This document shows, one piece after another, positions 1-12,113 of a stretch of 64,000 nt of DNA. A program made the translations under genes and the position numbers. The notes beneath the pieces are model-generated. The model worked only from the letters and a program-made list of their open reading frames with translations, was not told the origin of the DNA and searched no databases. This stretch comes from Setoptus koraiensis. Taxonomy: Eukaryota; Animalia; Arthropoda. The stretch lies in NCBI GenBank assembly GCA_048013815.1, contig CM106586.1:13950001-14014000 (forward strand), read 5' to 3'. Positions within the stretch are counted from its first letter, which is position 1. Every line of letters starts with the position of its first letter.

Positions 1-1441
1 ATTCTTGATGGGCCTGATGAACAATTTCGAGGTGGCCTTCTTGATCTTCATCAGCTTCCGGAATGTGGAATCGGCCGCTTGCGAGCCCGTTCGCTCGCCG
101 GGACCCGGCGCGTCGGGCGCCAGCATTCGCCTGCCCGTCGACAGGCTGGCGAGGGGCGCCGGTGCGCCCAAAAAGTACCTGTCGTCGGCAGCAAAAACGT
201 TGCGCCAGGCCGACCCGGGTTCCAGGTTTCTCCAGGCGGCCGGCCCGTTGAGCCATAGCATCGCCGTTTCGGCGCTGCCGTCCGACGCTCTGGCGTCGCC
301 GCTCACGGGGGCCTGCACGAGTTCCTCGAAGTGGCGCTTTATGGCCGCGGCCTGAAACAGGTCGCTGGCGCCGCTCGACAGCGGCGGCGCGGGCTCACAG
401 CCGGGCTGTTTGCCGCGCCCGTTCGGGTAAAAATCATAGTCGCCCAGCGGCTCACTGTAGCCCATGAGACCGGAATTCGTGTGCATCACCTCCACCAATT
501 TGGCGCTGTCGGGCCTCAAATGGGTCCAGATGCGTGTGTTTAGGGCGCCGCCGCTGTTGGCGTCGAGCATTATCTCCAATTCGATGGCCTCGTCGGCTTG
601 TTGCAGGCTGCCGTCCTCGGCAAACACTTGCTGCGCGTTTTTGCCCTTGGATGCATCGGCGGAGTCAACGAAAAAGTTGTTGTTGTCTTTGTTGTCGTCG
701 TTGTCGTCGCGATTCGTGACCGTGGCGCCCGTGCTGCGCGGCCCGAAGCACGGCAACGCCGGATCGCAAGCCGTGATGCGGCCGATCATCTGAAAGGGGC
801 GCGGCGCTGCTGCCAGCGACGACGCGGCCAACGCGAGCGGATCGTCCGCGCTGCCCGGCCGGGCGCTCCTGGCGGATATTTGCTGTTGCAGTCGTAGGTG
901 GTGCTGTTGCTCATGGTAATCGTTTGCGAACTCGCTACCAACAAATCCCATTATGTGCGCCCCCAGCGAATGGCCTATCAAATGGATCTGCTCAAAGTCA
1001 ATGTCGTCGCGCAATTTCTTCAACAGTCTGGCTATCATTCGTGACACAATTAACGCATTAGCGGCAGCGCGCGGATAATAGGCCAGCACGGGCGACGCGC
1101 CCTTGCGCCAATCGGTCAGTATGACGTTGCAATCTTCGTGCCGCAAGAACTTGTCCTTGGCCTCTTGCATCCATTCCGATTGGTCGAGGTCCGTGTGAAA
1201 GCCGTGCGTTATCCATTTCAGCGACTTGTTCCTCTTGAACGGACTGTGCAGCAGTATCTCGAACCGGCCCGCGCCAGTGCCATTTATTACGTAGGGCACC
1301 ATCGGATTTGAGCGGGTAAACAGGTGAAAGGTTATATTTAATTGGTCCGGCGTAGCGCTGGAGGTGGGCACCACGCAGCTCTTGCTGAGCCGCTCCAACG
1401 TTACGTCGTTGTCCTCCAATCTGAAATCGTCTTTGTTGTCG

Positions 1442-1497
<56 letters not shown>

Positions 1498-1839
1498 GCT
1501 GTTGCTGTTGATGAGGTCGGTAAAGCTATTGTCGCCTGTATTTGAACGCTGCAGTTGATGCGGATCAATCACAATTAATTGTGGCTCGGCTACGTTTGCC
1601 GTCACGGGCAAGTCGACGACGGGCTGCCGCTGCTGTTGCTGTAACTGTAACTGCGGCCGTCCCCCGTCGACGGGCGACGACGACGACGTTCTCGCGATTG
1701 TTTGCCGGAAGGGGTCAGCCGGTCGCTGACAAATGACTGTGTTGTTGTTGTTGTTGGCATTGATTAAAACTAATACTATTATCACAATTGTAAAACTCAA
1801 CTCAATCACAGCATCACCGTGGCCTCTGTTTAAAATCAT
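1..1839 (-). CDS. Pancreatic-lipase-family (alpha/beta hydrolase) secreted lipase; 3' end lies beyond the window's left edge
   Basis: Stop-free minus frame from ATG 1839 to base 1 (not in the ORF track). N-terminus MILNRGHGDAVIELSFTIVIIVLVLINA is hydrophobic. Motifs: KWITHGF, NVILTDW, nucleophile elbow GHSLG (961-975), RITACDPA (catalytic Asp), DSAKLVEVMHTN, GDYDFYPNG. Catalytic His not reached within the window. No intron needed. Confidence 0.9.
1434..1510. repeat. (GTT)n microsatellite encoding poly-Asn in the lipase N-terminal region
   Basis: Direct trinucleotide repeat, in frame on the minus strand as AAC codons. Confidence 0.95.
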
Positions 1840-2953
1840 TTTTTCGCTCTTGTTGCCGATGTGCCACTGACAACAGTTTGTGAGTGTCTACCCGAGCGGC
1901 CGCACTCACAAAAAAAAATTGTCAATACAAGGTTTGGGCTGGCCGGTGTAGCAGGTTTGAGGTCAATAGATGTCAATGCGTTGAAAATATTCAAGAATTC
2001 GAGCTGAGATTGAGAAGAAGAAGAAGAAGCGAAAATTAATTGATCGCTAATTGGTTCGCTTGTTGTGACAGAATTACTTACTGTGTGTGATTGGCAGAGA
2101 TTGGCGGCGCTGGCCAAAACTGAAGAAACTGTCACTCTGTGTCGCCGTTGTGTTGTGTGGTGCGCCGAGGAGAGGTCAAGGTCGCTAGTGACTGTCACTG
2201 GAGCGAGCTGTTAATTCGCCCATTAGATTGTGAGTTATCATTAGTGGCCACTAACACCACTCAAATTAATCAAGTGTTACATCACTTAAACGGCAAATAG
2301 GTTAATTGCTGGCGCTGTTGCTGTTGCTTTTGCGGTTGCTGTTGTATTTCGCATCGCATGTCACATGTGGCACATATACAAAACTAAATTTTTCATTATA
2401 AACAAAGACACTGGTTGACAAACACTTATTGAGAAAAATATCTGCTAATCTGCTTGTCGATGGCCTTGACAAGTTGGTTCAAGTTGTGAGTTGAGCGAGA
2501 TCCTCTCATTGTACGAAATTACATGGGGATCATACGAGAATCATACGAGAATTGTTCTGAAGCCGCCAGCTAACGAGCCCGAAATAAACGCCGCTCGACA
2601 CGCCGCCAAGTGAAATCTTTGAAACGTTAACGAGCAGGTAACAGGTTGAGCGTATCTCATGAACAGGCTGCCACAAACGCAGATGAATTTGTCACCTGTC
2701 GCGTTATACGTTTTATTTCATCAATCTCAATGTGCTCGCATCGTCAATTGTCGACACGAACAATAACAAGCGACTCGACACGACATCGTTGTTACATAAC
2801 ACTGCGCCTGTCGATCTGCCACGTTATGTGTGCTGCTGTTACATAATTTCGCGTATTATCGCGCAATATCGTGCGATATCGTGCGATATCGTGCGATTAG
2901 GCACTATATTGCGCGATGGTGATTATGGTACAAATGTGGCGCTCGCCGCGCCC

Positions 2954-5717
2954 CTAGGAGTGGGCGCCGGTTTCTATTCGCGCGGCCAGCGTTATGTCGT
3001 GCAAATTCAGACCGGACAACATGGTGAGCATCCGCTGCCTGACGTGGTCGTCGTGGTCGGCGTCGTCATTGATCGTCTCAGAGGGTTGCATCCAAGCGGC
3101 CTCGTCAATTAGCTGATCCTTGGGCCGTGGCGCATCCACCACATAATAGCCATAGGCAAAGCATTCGCGCGGCACCGTCGCCGCCACCCTTATATTGCCC
3201 CTAACGCCCCATTCGGGGCCCCAGCTATTTCTGATGATGTAGTAATCTAGTCCGTTTTGGCTGCCGTAGCCGACCATGACCATGGCATGCAGATATCGCT
3301 CCTCTCGGGCGTCCTCGGCGCACTGCACCCCGTCGTAAATGCCCTCGCTGTAGTCGGTGAGCTCGTCGGGAAAATACATTTGTATGCCTATGGGCCCGTA
3401 GCGAAGTCGCCTCTTATAATCGTCGCTATTGACAATGTTCTTGTACGATATGGACGCCTTGATCAGTTTGTATTTGCGCGGGCCTGGCCGCGACGCGTCG
3501 CCGTCGTCGCCGCCTCTATCACGTCCGTCGTCGTCGTCGTCGTGGTCGTCGTGTCCGCTTTGCGACACGACCCAGTCGTCAATGTCGTCGCCAATGTCGG
3601 CCGGCTTGCGCGTGCTCATGTCGAATATGCACCTGTCCTGGAACCATCGATCTTCGGACTTTCGGTGGTCGTAACGAATGAATTTTCGTTTGTTGTTGCG
3701 ATTCAAGTCGCATTTGTTGTTGTTGTTGTTGCTGTTGTTGCTGTCAACGGGCGATACGCGGCGCTTGTCGTCGTCCTGGGGGCGCGATTTCGATTTGGAT
3801 CGGCGTCGCGCCGGCTGCCACATATCGACCACCGTGTTAGTGTAGAAATTTTCATAGTCTCGCTGGCGCCAAAAGGCGCCCATATCCGCCAGCATGTTGA
3901 GCGTGATATTGGACTCGCCCCACTGACATCCGCCCAGCGAGTCCGAGTAGGCCGGCCCGCAATCGAGCACCAGTTCGCGACTTAATGTTTCGCCCACCGT
4001 GAGCAGCTTCTTTCTGCACAAATGAAACTCCAACAAACTAACGCTAGAGTGCGCATAACACGATCCGCACAGGCCCTGATTAATGGCGGGCATCATGCAC
4101 TCGTGCTTGCTCCAGTCCAATTCATCGCTCACACCGCCGGCGCCACTTCTGCCGCCTGGCGTACAACAAGCCACAACAGCAACAACCAATTATTACGCAA
4201 TATATTGCGCCGTTATATTTTTAGCCATTCAGTCGCCAGCAGTTGAGTGCATAGTTTTGTGCATACATGGTAATTATATTAGTGGCAGTGGTATTAGCAG
4301 TGGCTGGTCAAGGTTGTGGGGCTCATCGAGTCAGCGACGACAGTTGCGCAATATTTACCTGCGCGCCACTCGCCGCACTTGGGCGCGCAGGTAACTCGCC
4401 ACTTGGGCCGCACAGGTAGCCCGCCACTTGGGCCGCACAGGTAGCCCGCCACTTGGGCCGCACAGGTAGCCCGCGACAGCCTGTGACAGGTTAGCTGTGC
4501 GGCCCAAGTGGTCAAGGGTCGCTATTTGACTGACTGTTTGACTTGCTGTTCGACTCACTGTTTGACTTACTGTTTGAGCGCAGCTTGCGCTGCTGCGCCC
4601 CGTCGGCCGGATCTATGCCGTAGTCGTACTCGTTGTCGAGCCGCTCCTCCAAATCCCCGAACGCAAACTGTTTGTTTTGGGCGCCCCGGTCGCCCGCTCG
4701 GGCACGCTCGTCTCGGGCCGCATCCGCCAGCGACGATCTCGACACAACGTCCCTGGCGCGCTTCTTGTTCAGGCTGGTCTTGCCGTACCGGTCGGCCAGC
4801 ATGGCCAGAAAGTCGCCGTTGCGCTCCCTGTAGGCCGACTCGTAGGCGAGCGTCATGTCGTTGGCGTAGTCCAAAATGGTGTCTTGCATCTCGTCGTCGT
4901 GGTCGTACTCGTGCAACAAACTCAACAATCTGTCCTTCACGTAATCGCTATTCAGCAAATTGTAATCAACGTCGCTGTATCGGGCCCCATTTTTCACTGC
5001 TGCGGCCGCTGCCGCCGTTGCTGCCGTCGCTGCCGCCGTTGCTGCCGTCGATCTCATCAGTCTGGGCCTCTTTCCGACCGGCAGCGAGTCCGGCGCTGAG
5101 CTTGTGTCCGGCGCCGAGCTTGTGTCCGGCGAGCCTGCGTCCGGCGAGCTTTTGTACGGCGAGCCTGCGTCCGGCGAGCGCGTGTCCGAGGGCCCCGTCC
5201 GGTCGTCAGTGTTATTGGTTTGGACAGCCGATCGCACTCGGGCCCTAGGCCGGCCCGCTTTCAGCCCCGAGCGTCTTATTTGGCGCTCCTCTCTGGTGAG
5301 GTCCGAGTCCCAATTGAGGCCCACCGAGTAGCTTGCTACGCCCAGCCTGAAGGCGGCCATTTTGGGCAACACTCTCAAACAGGAGGCCACAAACAGGGCC
5401 TTTCGTCTCAATTCGGTGACGGCCGTTGCGTAATGCTTGCCAAACGTTCGCTTATAAACATTGAAATCAAATATTGGTGGCAATTTAATGCCGCTAGAGG
5501 CACGATATATGTTGCTGTTGGGCTGGCCGGCTGATGGTGGTGCTGTCGTCATTGGCGGCTTCGCTGGCTGGCTTGTGATTTGGTGGGCGCGTGTCCACGA
5601 CAACGCCACAAACAAACTAAATATACCTGTACATATTGATGCAACCAACAACAAACGAATGCCCCTGTTCGTCGACAACGACGCCATCATTGTGATCGTG
5701 GATTTAATTGTCGCCAA
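2954..5717 (-). CDS. Papain-family (C1A) cysteine protease, ~782 aa, with I29 prodomain; exons 5717-4571 and 4155-2954
   Basis: Exon 1: hydrophobic anchor IRLLLVASICTGIFSLFVALSW and I29-like segment (aa ~85-144; ELRRKALF...GLNWDSDLTREE). Donor A|GTAAGT at 4570 and acceptor TACGCCAG| at 4156 join in phase 1 (AGC), keeping frame. Exon 2: NQGLCGSCYAH (oxyanion Gln, catalytic Cys), HAMVMVGYG (His), IIRNSWGPEWG (Asn). Confidence 0.9.
4355..4511. repeat. 25-nt tandem repeat (x3) with inverted copies inside the C1A intron
   Basis: Unit cgccacttgggccgcacaggtagcc from 4397. An inverted 17-nt copy ctgtgcggcccaagtgg lies at 4495-4511. A separate 13-bp stem forms at 4355-4367/4382-4394. Confidence 0.9.
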
Positions 5718-6017
5718 TCTAGCTGCTCACCTGTTCACATTTGTTGTGTTGTGCAATATTGGTTTAGTCGTCTCTGTGTCGTGTCGTTAGGCTTTTGAGA
5801 GGCAACTTTTGAGCTGGCCACGCTGCCCGACGGCAGCCAAACAAAACAAGCTGGTGGAAACAGTTTATTTTTAGTATATTTTCAACCGTTTGAAACTGAA
5901 ACATTCCCACAACAACTATCTCGCCAACAGCGACAGCAGCGTTGTCGTGTCGATAGCACAAAATGTTATTATTAGATTTGTGTCATTGGCTACTGTTTGC
6001 TCAGCCGTGTGTTCATT

Positions 6018-6060
6018 TGCAAATTGAGGGCACCCCTGAGCGGGGTGCCCTCAATTTGCA
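6018..6060. repeat. Perfect 19-bp inverted repeat with 5-nt loop
   Basis: tgcaaattgagggcacccc-tgagc-ggggtgccctcaatttgca. Confidence 0.95.
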
Positions 6061-8545
6061 TATTGGCCAACCGAGTGGTGGCGCAAAAATGCACATGTAA
6101 CTTGCATGATGTAAGTGTGGGTCAAGTATGAGCGGTGATTGTGTTTTGTTGCGCTTATTGGCTGGTGTTTTTTGCGCTTATTGGCCGGTGTTTTGGGCCA
6201 GCTTGCAGCGAGGTCGCCACAAAACAGCAACAAATTTTCAAAAATAAAACATTCATTCATTTATGAACGAGCCAGCTTGATCTAGAAAAGCTGGCCAGTT
6301 TTTTTGCAGGGCCAGCGGAGACGATCATTATCATAAATGGGCTCATATATATATATTGTGTGTGAGTTGATTGCGGCTTGATTTTGTTATCTCGGTTTGT
6401 GTTTTGCTTTTATGCAAATACAAACAAATATCGATGAATCACGGCCACTCTTGCGCAATCGCACATTTGTTGGCGTCAATTGTGTGGCACAAATTCGCTG
6501 GCTCTCCCAATTTGCTTCGATTGGGCTCGAATCGAGCGTATCATATCATGGCTAATGCCGCTGTTGTTGTTGTTGTTGCTGGCGCAAAGTCAGTGGCCAT
6601 CATTATTTTGGTGGTCAAAGTACCGTTACAGTTGGAGGTCAGAAAAGGAATATCGCTCAGCTGTACGGCGCCCTTTCTGCCCAATGAATGTTGTGCAATA
6701 ATGACGTCAATTGTGATGGCCCATTCATTTGCGATTTCGTTGCGTAATACCGTACATGCCGTGTATGCCGTACATGCCGTATATGCGCCGTATTTGCGCC
6801 GTATTTGCGCCCTATATGAGTGTTATGTAATAATTGTACATGCTGGTCACAAAATAAACAAACAAAACTGGGGCCAGAAACACTTCGAAAAAGGCACACT
6901 TCGAGCATTGAGTAATATATATATATATTATGTAATAATGATGATCATTGAATGCGATTGGCACACTTGTTCTCTCTAGGCTGCTGGCCCGAGCGGGTGA
7001 CTGATAATGTCGCAACAAACAACCTACTCATCATCGGTTGCCAACTGGCCAAATTGGCTCTAACAGTTAGTTACAATCTAACTAACTCAAAGGCAACCTC
7101 TAAAATTTCAATTTCATTTCACATGTCAACACACAAACTGTTACTATCAAACTATCATTATTATCATAAAGCCATATGATTGTTTCCACTTTGACAAATC
7201 GCTTGCATTCATTCTAACTGGTCATGATTTTGTTGTCCGTACCTGTGTACGAAATTTGTTTGTGATGAAATTTTATTAATAAAATTTACTGTTATGTAAT
7301 GTTTGTGTGTGCAAATCAATTATGCACTTCCGCATTGTGATTTTGTTTTGCGATGAGCGCCCACCCAATACTAGACAATGAATCATGAGATGTCATTCAT
7401 TATTCAGACAACCTCATTTTGTTGTTGTTATATCAATCAATATCAATTGCTCTGTGTCAATCAATTCTTTTTGCTATGAATTTTTAATTTTCAATTTCAT
7501 TAGTGTCGCAACACTCAAGTGGGTCTGTGCAATATATTTTCAAATCCATTTCAGGTTCATCTAAAGGGCAAAGTCCAAGGGTTGTGGCAATGGCTCTTGT
7601 TTGTTTCACTTTCACTCGCTATTTGTTTACGCTCAATATCAATCGATGCAACTGCGGCCACATCCAATCAATTAATTGGAATGGCAAATCCCACTCAGTC
7701 CAATGTTATTCAGCAGCTACTTAGTATAGATATACTTAAATAGAGTCCATATAACACTAAATAGTGTCATATATTGTATGCTGCAAATATGCAACTGTAT
7801 CAATCGCAGCGCTTGTTGTTGTTTTAGTATTAGTTTTAGTTTTAGTTTCAGTATACTATTGTGGCAATCACAACTTAGTTGTAATTTATAAATAAATAAC
7901 TTTGTACATTATGCAACTGAACAGAAAAGTTGAGTTGAGTTCAATTGAGTCGATCTAATTATTACATAATTGTGGCAATCGAACGCATTTTATGATAGGG
8001 TATAAAAGTTACATCTGGATACTAGTTACTAGTTGATTGGATCGCTCACATTTGATTATGGTGTAAGCAAAGGATGGCAATGATCTTAGTTCAGCCAGCA
8101 GCAATAGATAGATAGTATTATCATCTTGTCAACTTGAATATGTGCTGCGTCTTAGCGTCAATCCAGTAGCAAAGTTATTTATCAGAGTGCAATCTTTTTG
8201 TGTTGTTAATATTTTTCGCCAACAACAACAACAAGTATGTTTTATATGTAACACATCCTGCAAGTTGTTTCTTGTGTCGCCAATAGTAACAAAATAATCG
8301 CAGTCAATTAGCGACAGTGCAGCCAGACAATAAGTGACATGGATTACAATAATAAACAATTAATAATTATAATATATATCAATTGCAACAAGAGCACGCT
8401 ATAAAATATTGGCCACTAAACGTGAAGCTTGACAAGAATTGGAAAAATTTCAACAGAGGTGGGTGTGAGAAGACGACGCTACCAGCGGCCACAAATCACA
8501 AGTTTTTGCACAATAAGCAAGCGAGAGAAGAAATTATTAAAAGTT

Positions 8546-10688
8546 ATGGATCGCATAATGACCAGTCAAAAAGTTGTTCTGGTAACAAGATTTCGCCCCA
8601 AAAAGAAGCGAATTCACAATGGAAAAATCTCAACAAATATTGCCATACTGACAGCGTCGTTATTTCTATTGAGTTTCGTCATTTTGATGGTGAACGGCGC
8701 CGGAGGTGTGAATAGCATCAGAAGCAGACTGGCGTGGAAAAGTCGCGATGTTCGTATGGACGATGCCGAAATAAATGGCCAAAATCACGATGCCTCAATC
8801 ACGACAAACGACACTGTTGCCCACGACGACGACGACAGCAGCGAGGTAACGGGCAAGAGTAATTCGTTGGGTCATCACTCAAGAGAGACGATAACAACGA
8901 AAAGGGTTCAGTATGAGTGCGGTAGGCCCATGTCGTCGATTAAACAAAACGTAATTGACAGCGACGAGTCGGGCCACAAATTAAAAAGAAAATACAAACC
9001 CATGGAGTTCCGCCGACCGCGAATAGTGGGCGGCGACGAAACGAGGCCCGGCGAATTTCCCTGGATCGTGAGTATATTATTATCATTATTATCCATGTGA
9101 CATCCATGTATCCATTGATCTAGTGATTTATTGGCCAAAGCGACAACGCGCAATCGTTCTGTCATTTCTGTCATTTCTGTCATTTTATAGGCCTCTATTA
9201 AATTGGGCGAGCAGCCCATTTGTGGCGGCAGTCTGATAAACCGCGAATGGGTATTAACAGCGGCCCATTGTGTCGTTGGTTACAGTCCGAAGAGTTTGTC
9301 CATTAAATTGGGCGCATTTCGTATAAAAGATAATGAGGAAGAGCACAGTGTCGAAAGAAATATAAGCCTGTTTGTGGTACATAGAGACTACTCAAACCCG
9401 CGCCAATTCTCCAACGATATCGCGCTGGTCAAGTGAGTACAGCACAACTATTTATGCCAACTATCTAGACAATAATAGACAAAATAACAGTTTATTTCAT
9501 GATTATCTAATGGACGACTTGTTTTTGTTTCTTCGCTCGGTTGTCGCTGGCTGTTCGTTGCTGAAACTCTCATTACTACATTGCATTGTTGTGCGACATT
9601 AGATTGGCAAAGTCGGTCGATTACTCAGACTATATTATTCCAATTTGTTTGCCAGAAAAAGAGCAAGTGCCCGCATCAATCAATACCAACGACAATGCCG
9701 ATGCCGATACCAATTCCAATATCAACGCAACAACAACCACAACAACAAACACCGAAAGCAATGATATAATAGTGCCGGCCATCACTAGTGTATCAAATGA
9801 TAAATTGGTGCCAGATGGTATTGTTATTACGGACAAGATGTCCGATATTGATATTGTTAGAAGCTTATATCATTTGGAACAAAATTATTTGGCCTCAATG
9901 GGATTAGCCGCTGACAACATGATTAATTTTGGTCTAGAAATTGTGATTAAATCAGTGAAGCAAGAAAACAACAATGACAATGTTGATCTTGAAGAGGAAT
10001 ATATCAAAGCGAGCACCACTGATCAATATCACGGCATCAACGGAACAGTGGTCGGCTGGGGCTGGATAAAAGACGTCGACATGTCGGAGCTGGTGAACAA
10101 AGGTGAGTCTTTATTCGGCTCATATTTTGCGGGCCCCATGTGACATATATGATGTAGTGCGACATGATGAAATATAGATGTCGCCCCCCTCGAGGCGCAT
10201 CCGTCCCTCTCGAACGGCAACATTAATTTGTTGTTTTAAAACGCTTGTCATGTTTTGGTGTTTTTCTCCTTTCCATTTAGGCTACCCGTCGTCCATATTG
10301 CAAAAGGTTGAGCTGCCCATATTGAAGAACGACGACTGCGAACTGTGGTTCCAATCGCAGGGCAAAAAAGTCACCCTATCAGCGTCACAATTTTGCGCCG
10401 GCTACAAAATCGGCGGCAAGGACGCCTGCAGGGTGAGTCCGCCAACATATCCATCTATTTGTTTATCGTCTGTGTCCAGTTAATTAACTATTATCTGTGA
10501 ATTATCTGTGTTCGTAGGGGGACTCTGGCGGGCCCATGGTGAAGGAACTGGCCAATCAAAAGTACCTGCTCATTGGCATAGTGAGCGCCGGAATTGGTTG
10601 CGCTCGGCCGGGCCTGCCCGGCTTGTACACGAGAGTCGCCTCTTATGTAAATTGGATAGACGCACACGTGGACAAATACAATGGATAA
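8546..10688 (+). CDS. Trypsin-like S1A serine protease, ~528 aa; exons 8546-9067, 9191-9432, 9603-10102, 10281-10432, 10518-10688
   Basis: Activation site R|IVGG, CGGSLI, TAAHC (His), NDIAL (Asp), PICLP, GWG, GGKDACRGDSGGP (Ser; Asp at S1), [13 protein letters not shown]. All four introns are GTGAGT...AG and join in frame. Basic N-terminus is followed by a hydrophobic segment. The start ATG is the least certain part. Confidence 0.95.
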
Positions 10689-10961
10689 TCTGGATAATGA
10701 TATACAGTGTATATGGCTTGTTGAACACACCACACCAGCAGCACAGTAATATAGAAACGTCACCAAAGAGATAGATTATTATTGTTTATTTATAATTAGC
10801 TTGCATTATTGTAACGGTCGTAGTGCAATTTTTCCAATTAAATCAAGATATTTATTCACTAGACTTCGGTCACTACTGTATTATGCTTCGAATAATCGGA
10901 TATTTATTCAATATCCAATGCTCGTTTGAAAACAAACACTTGTATGCTACATGCAACAAAA

Positions 10962-12113
10962 TCATTCCTGATCCTGAGCTGAGGCCTCCTGGCCCTGCTG
11001 TTTCTTCCATGACCATTCGGGCGTCTGATCGTTGTCTCTGGCCTCCTCGGTGGCCTTGAATTGATCTCGTTTCACCGATTTCAGTGTCACCGTGAAGCCC
11101 ACCTCCTTGCGAGCATTCAACAGCATCCGCTCTATCTTAACACCGAATTTCGGCACCTTCTTCAGGGTGGGCTTGATGCTAAAAATTAAAACATTGAAAT
11201 TAAACAACAACAAGTTTCAATCAAATTATTCAGTGGTGCAAAAATTATTGGGGCAAGTTTGCAAAATTCACTGTCGCACGAAACTTACTATTTGCCACGC
11301 ATGTCGTTGACCTTCATTGAGAGCTCTCGTATGTCGAAATCTATTCTTTTCACGAGGTACTCCAGATCGTATTTGTCGCTTTCCAGCGAGTTGATACGCG
11401 TGTGATACTCTTGACAAAGTTTCTTCAGTTCATCTAAATAATAATAATAATAATAATAATAGTAACAATTTTTGGTTAGAATGTTAATGAAAACGAGCGC
11501 GCACCAAGTTAATATATCTTATTTTACAATATAGTCATATCCAGTGTGATCATATTCATTTGCTACTCACTCTCATCGAGAGTATCAAGACTCTTTTTGG
11601 GCCCGGTTCTCTCGGCTATGACTTTCCTTCGTTCGTTTGCTTTGGCCTCTTGTTGCCGTTTCAATTCCTCGGCTGCCTTCTTTCTCAACAGTAGCTATAG
11701 TAACAGTGAATCACAAATTCAATCACAGTGATCGCTAATTAGTGATTATTGTTCAAGAAGCATACGCGATAAACAGGAGCTGAGATAAATCTAGTGGCTT
11801 ACCCTCAATTTCTTTTTTCGCTCTGGAGTCATGAATCCCTTCTTTTTGTTGGCCTTTGAAGAGGCCTCCAGTCTGGCACGAACTTCGGCCTTCTTTCTTT
11901 CGCGCTCCTCGCGCTTCTTTCTGTCCTCCTGATATTTTCCATTGATTTGACGTTGAGAAGTTTGTCATCATTGTTTGGCCGGGCAAAAATATTGCAACAC
12001 AAATTAGTTCAATGTAAAGATAAAGTGCTAATTTGCGCACACGAGCCAGATCAATTAATCTGACTCGTGTCGTTGTCTTCAACAAACCCTTTCGCTACAC
12101 TAACCTCGCTCAT
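10962..12113 (-). CDS. wupA: Troponin I, ~206 aa; coding exons 12113-12105, 11928-11803, 11694-11571, 11433-11289, 11178-10962
   Basis: Spliced translation MSE-EDRKKREERERKKAEVRARLE...KKKGFMTPERKKKLR-LLLRKKAAEELK...KYDLEY...VNDMRGKY-IKPTLKKV...PEWSWK matches arthropod TnI motifs. GT-AG junctions sum to 621 nt, in frame. Confidence 0.95.

Noticed and set aside
5-1736. Plus-strand ORF-track entries over the lipase, and similar antisense ORFs over C1A, USP14 and DDX41
   Set aside because: They are shadows of real opposite-strand coding sequence and carry no motifs of their own.
2954-4189. Treating 2954-4189 and 4512-5717 as two separate genes
   Set aside because: Canonical phase-1 splice sites join them in frame, the halves are complementary (prodomain and catalytic domain), and the downstream ORF starts at TTG with no signal peptide.
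1-5717. Horizontal transfer suggested by the high GC of the lipase and C1A genes
   Set aside because: Both carry animal-type family motifs, C1A has a spliceosomal intron, and similarly GC-rich DNA occurs in the host non-coding tract.
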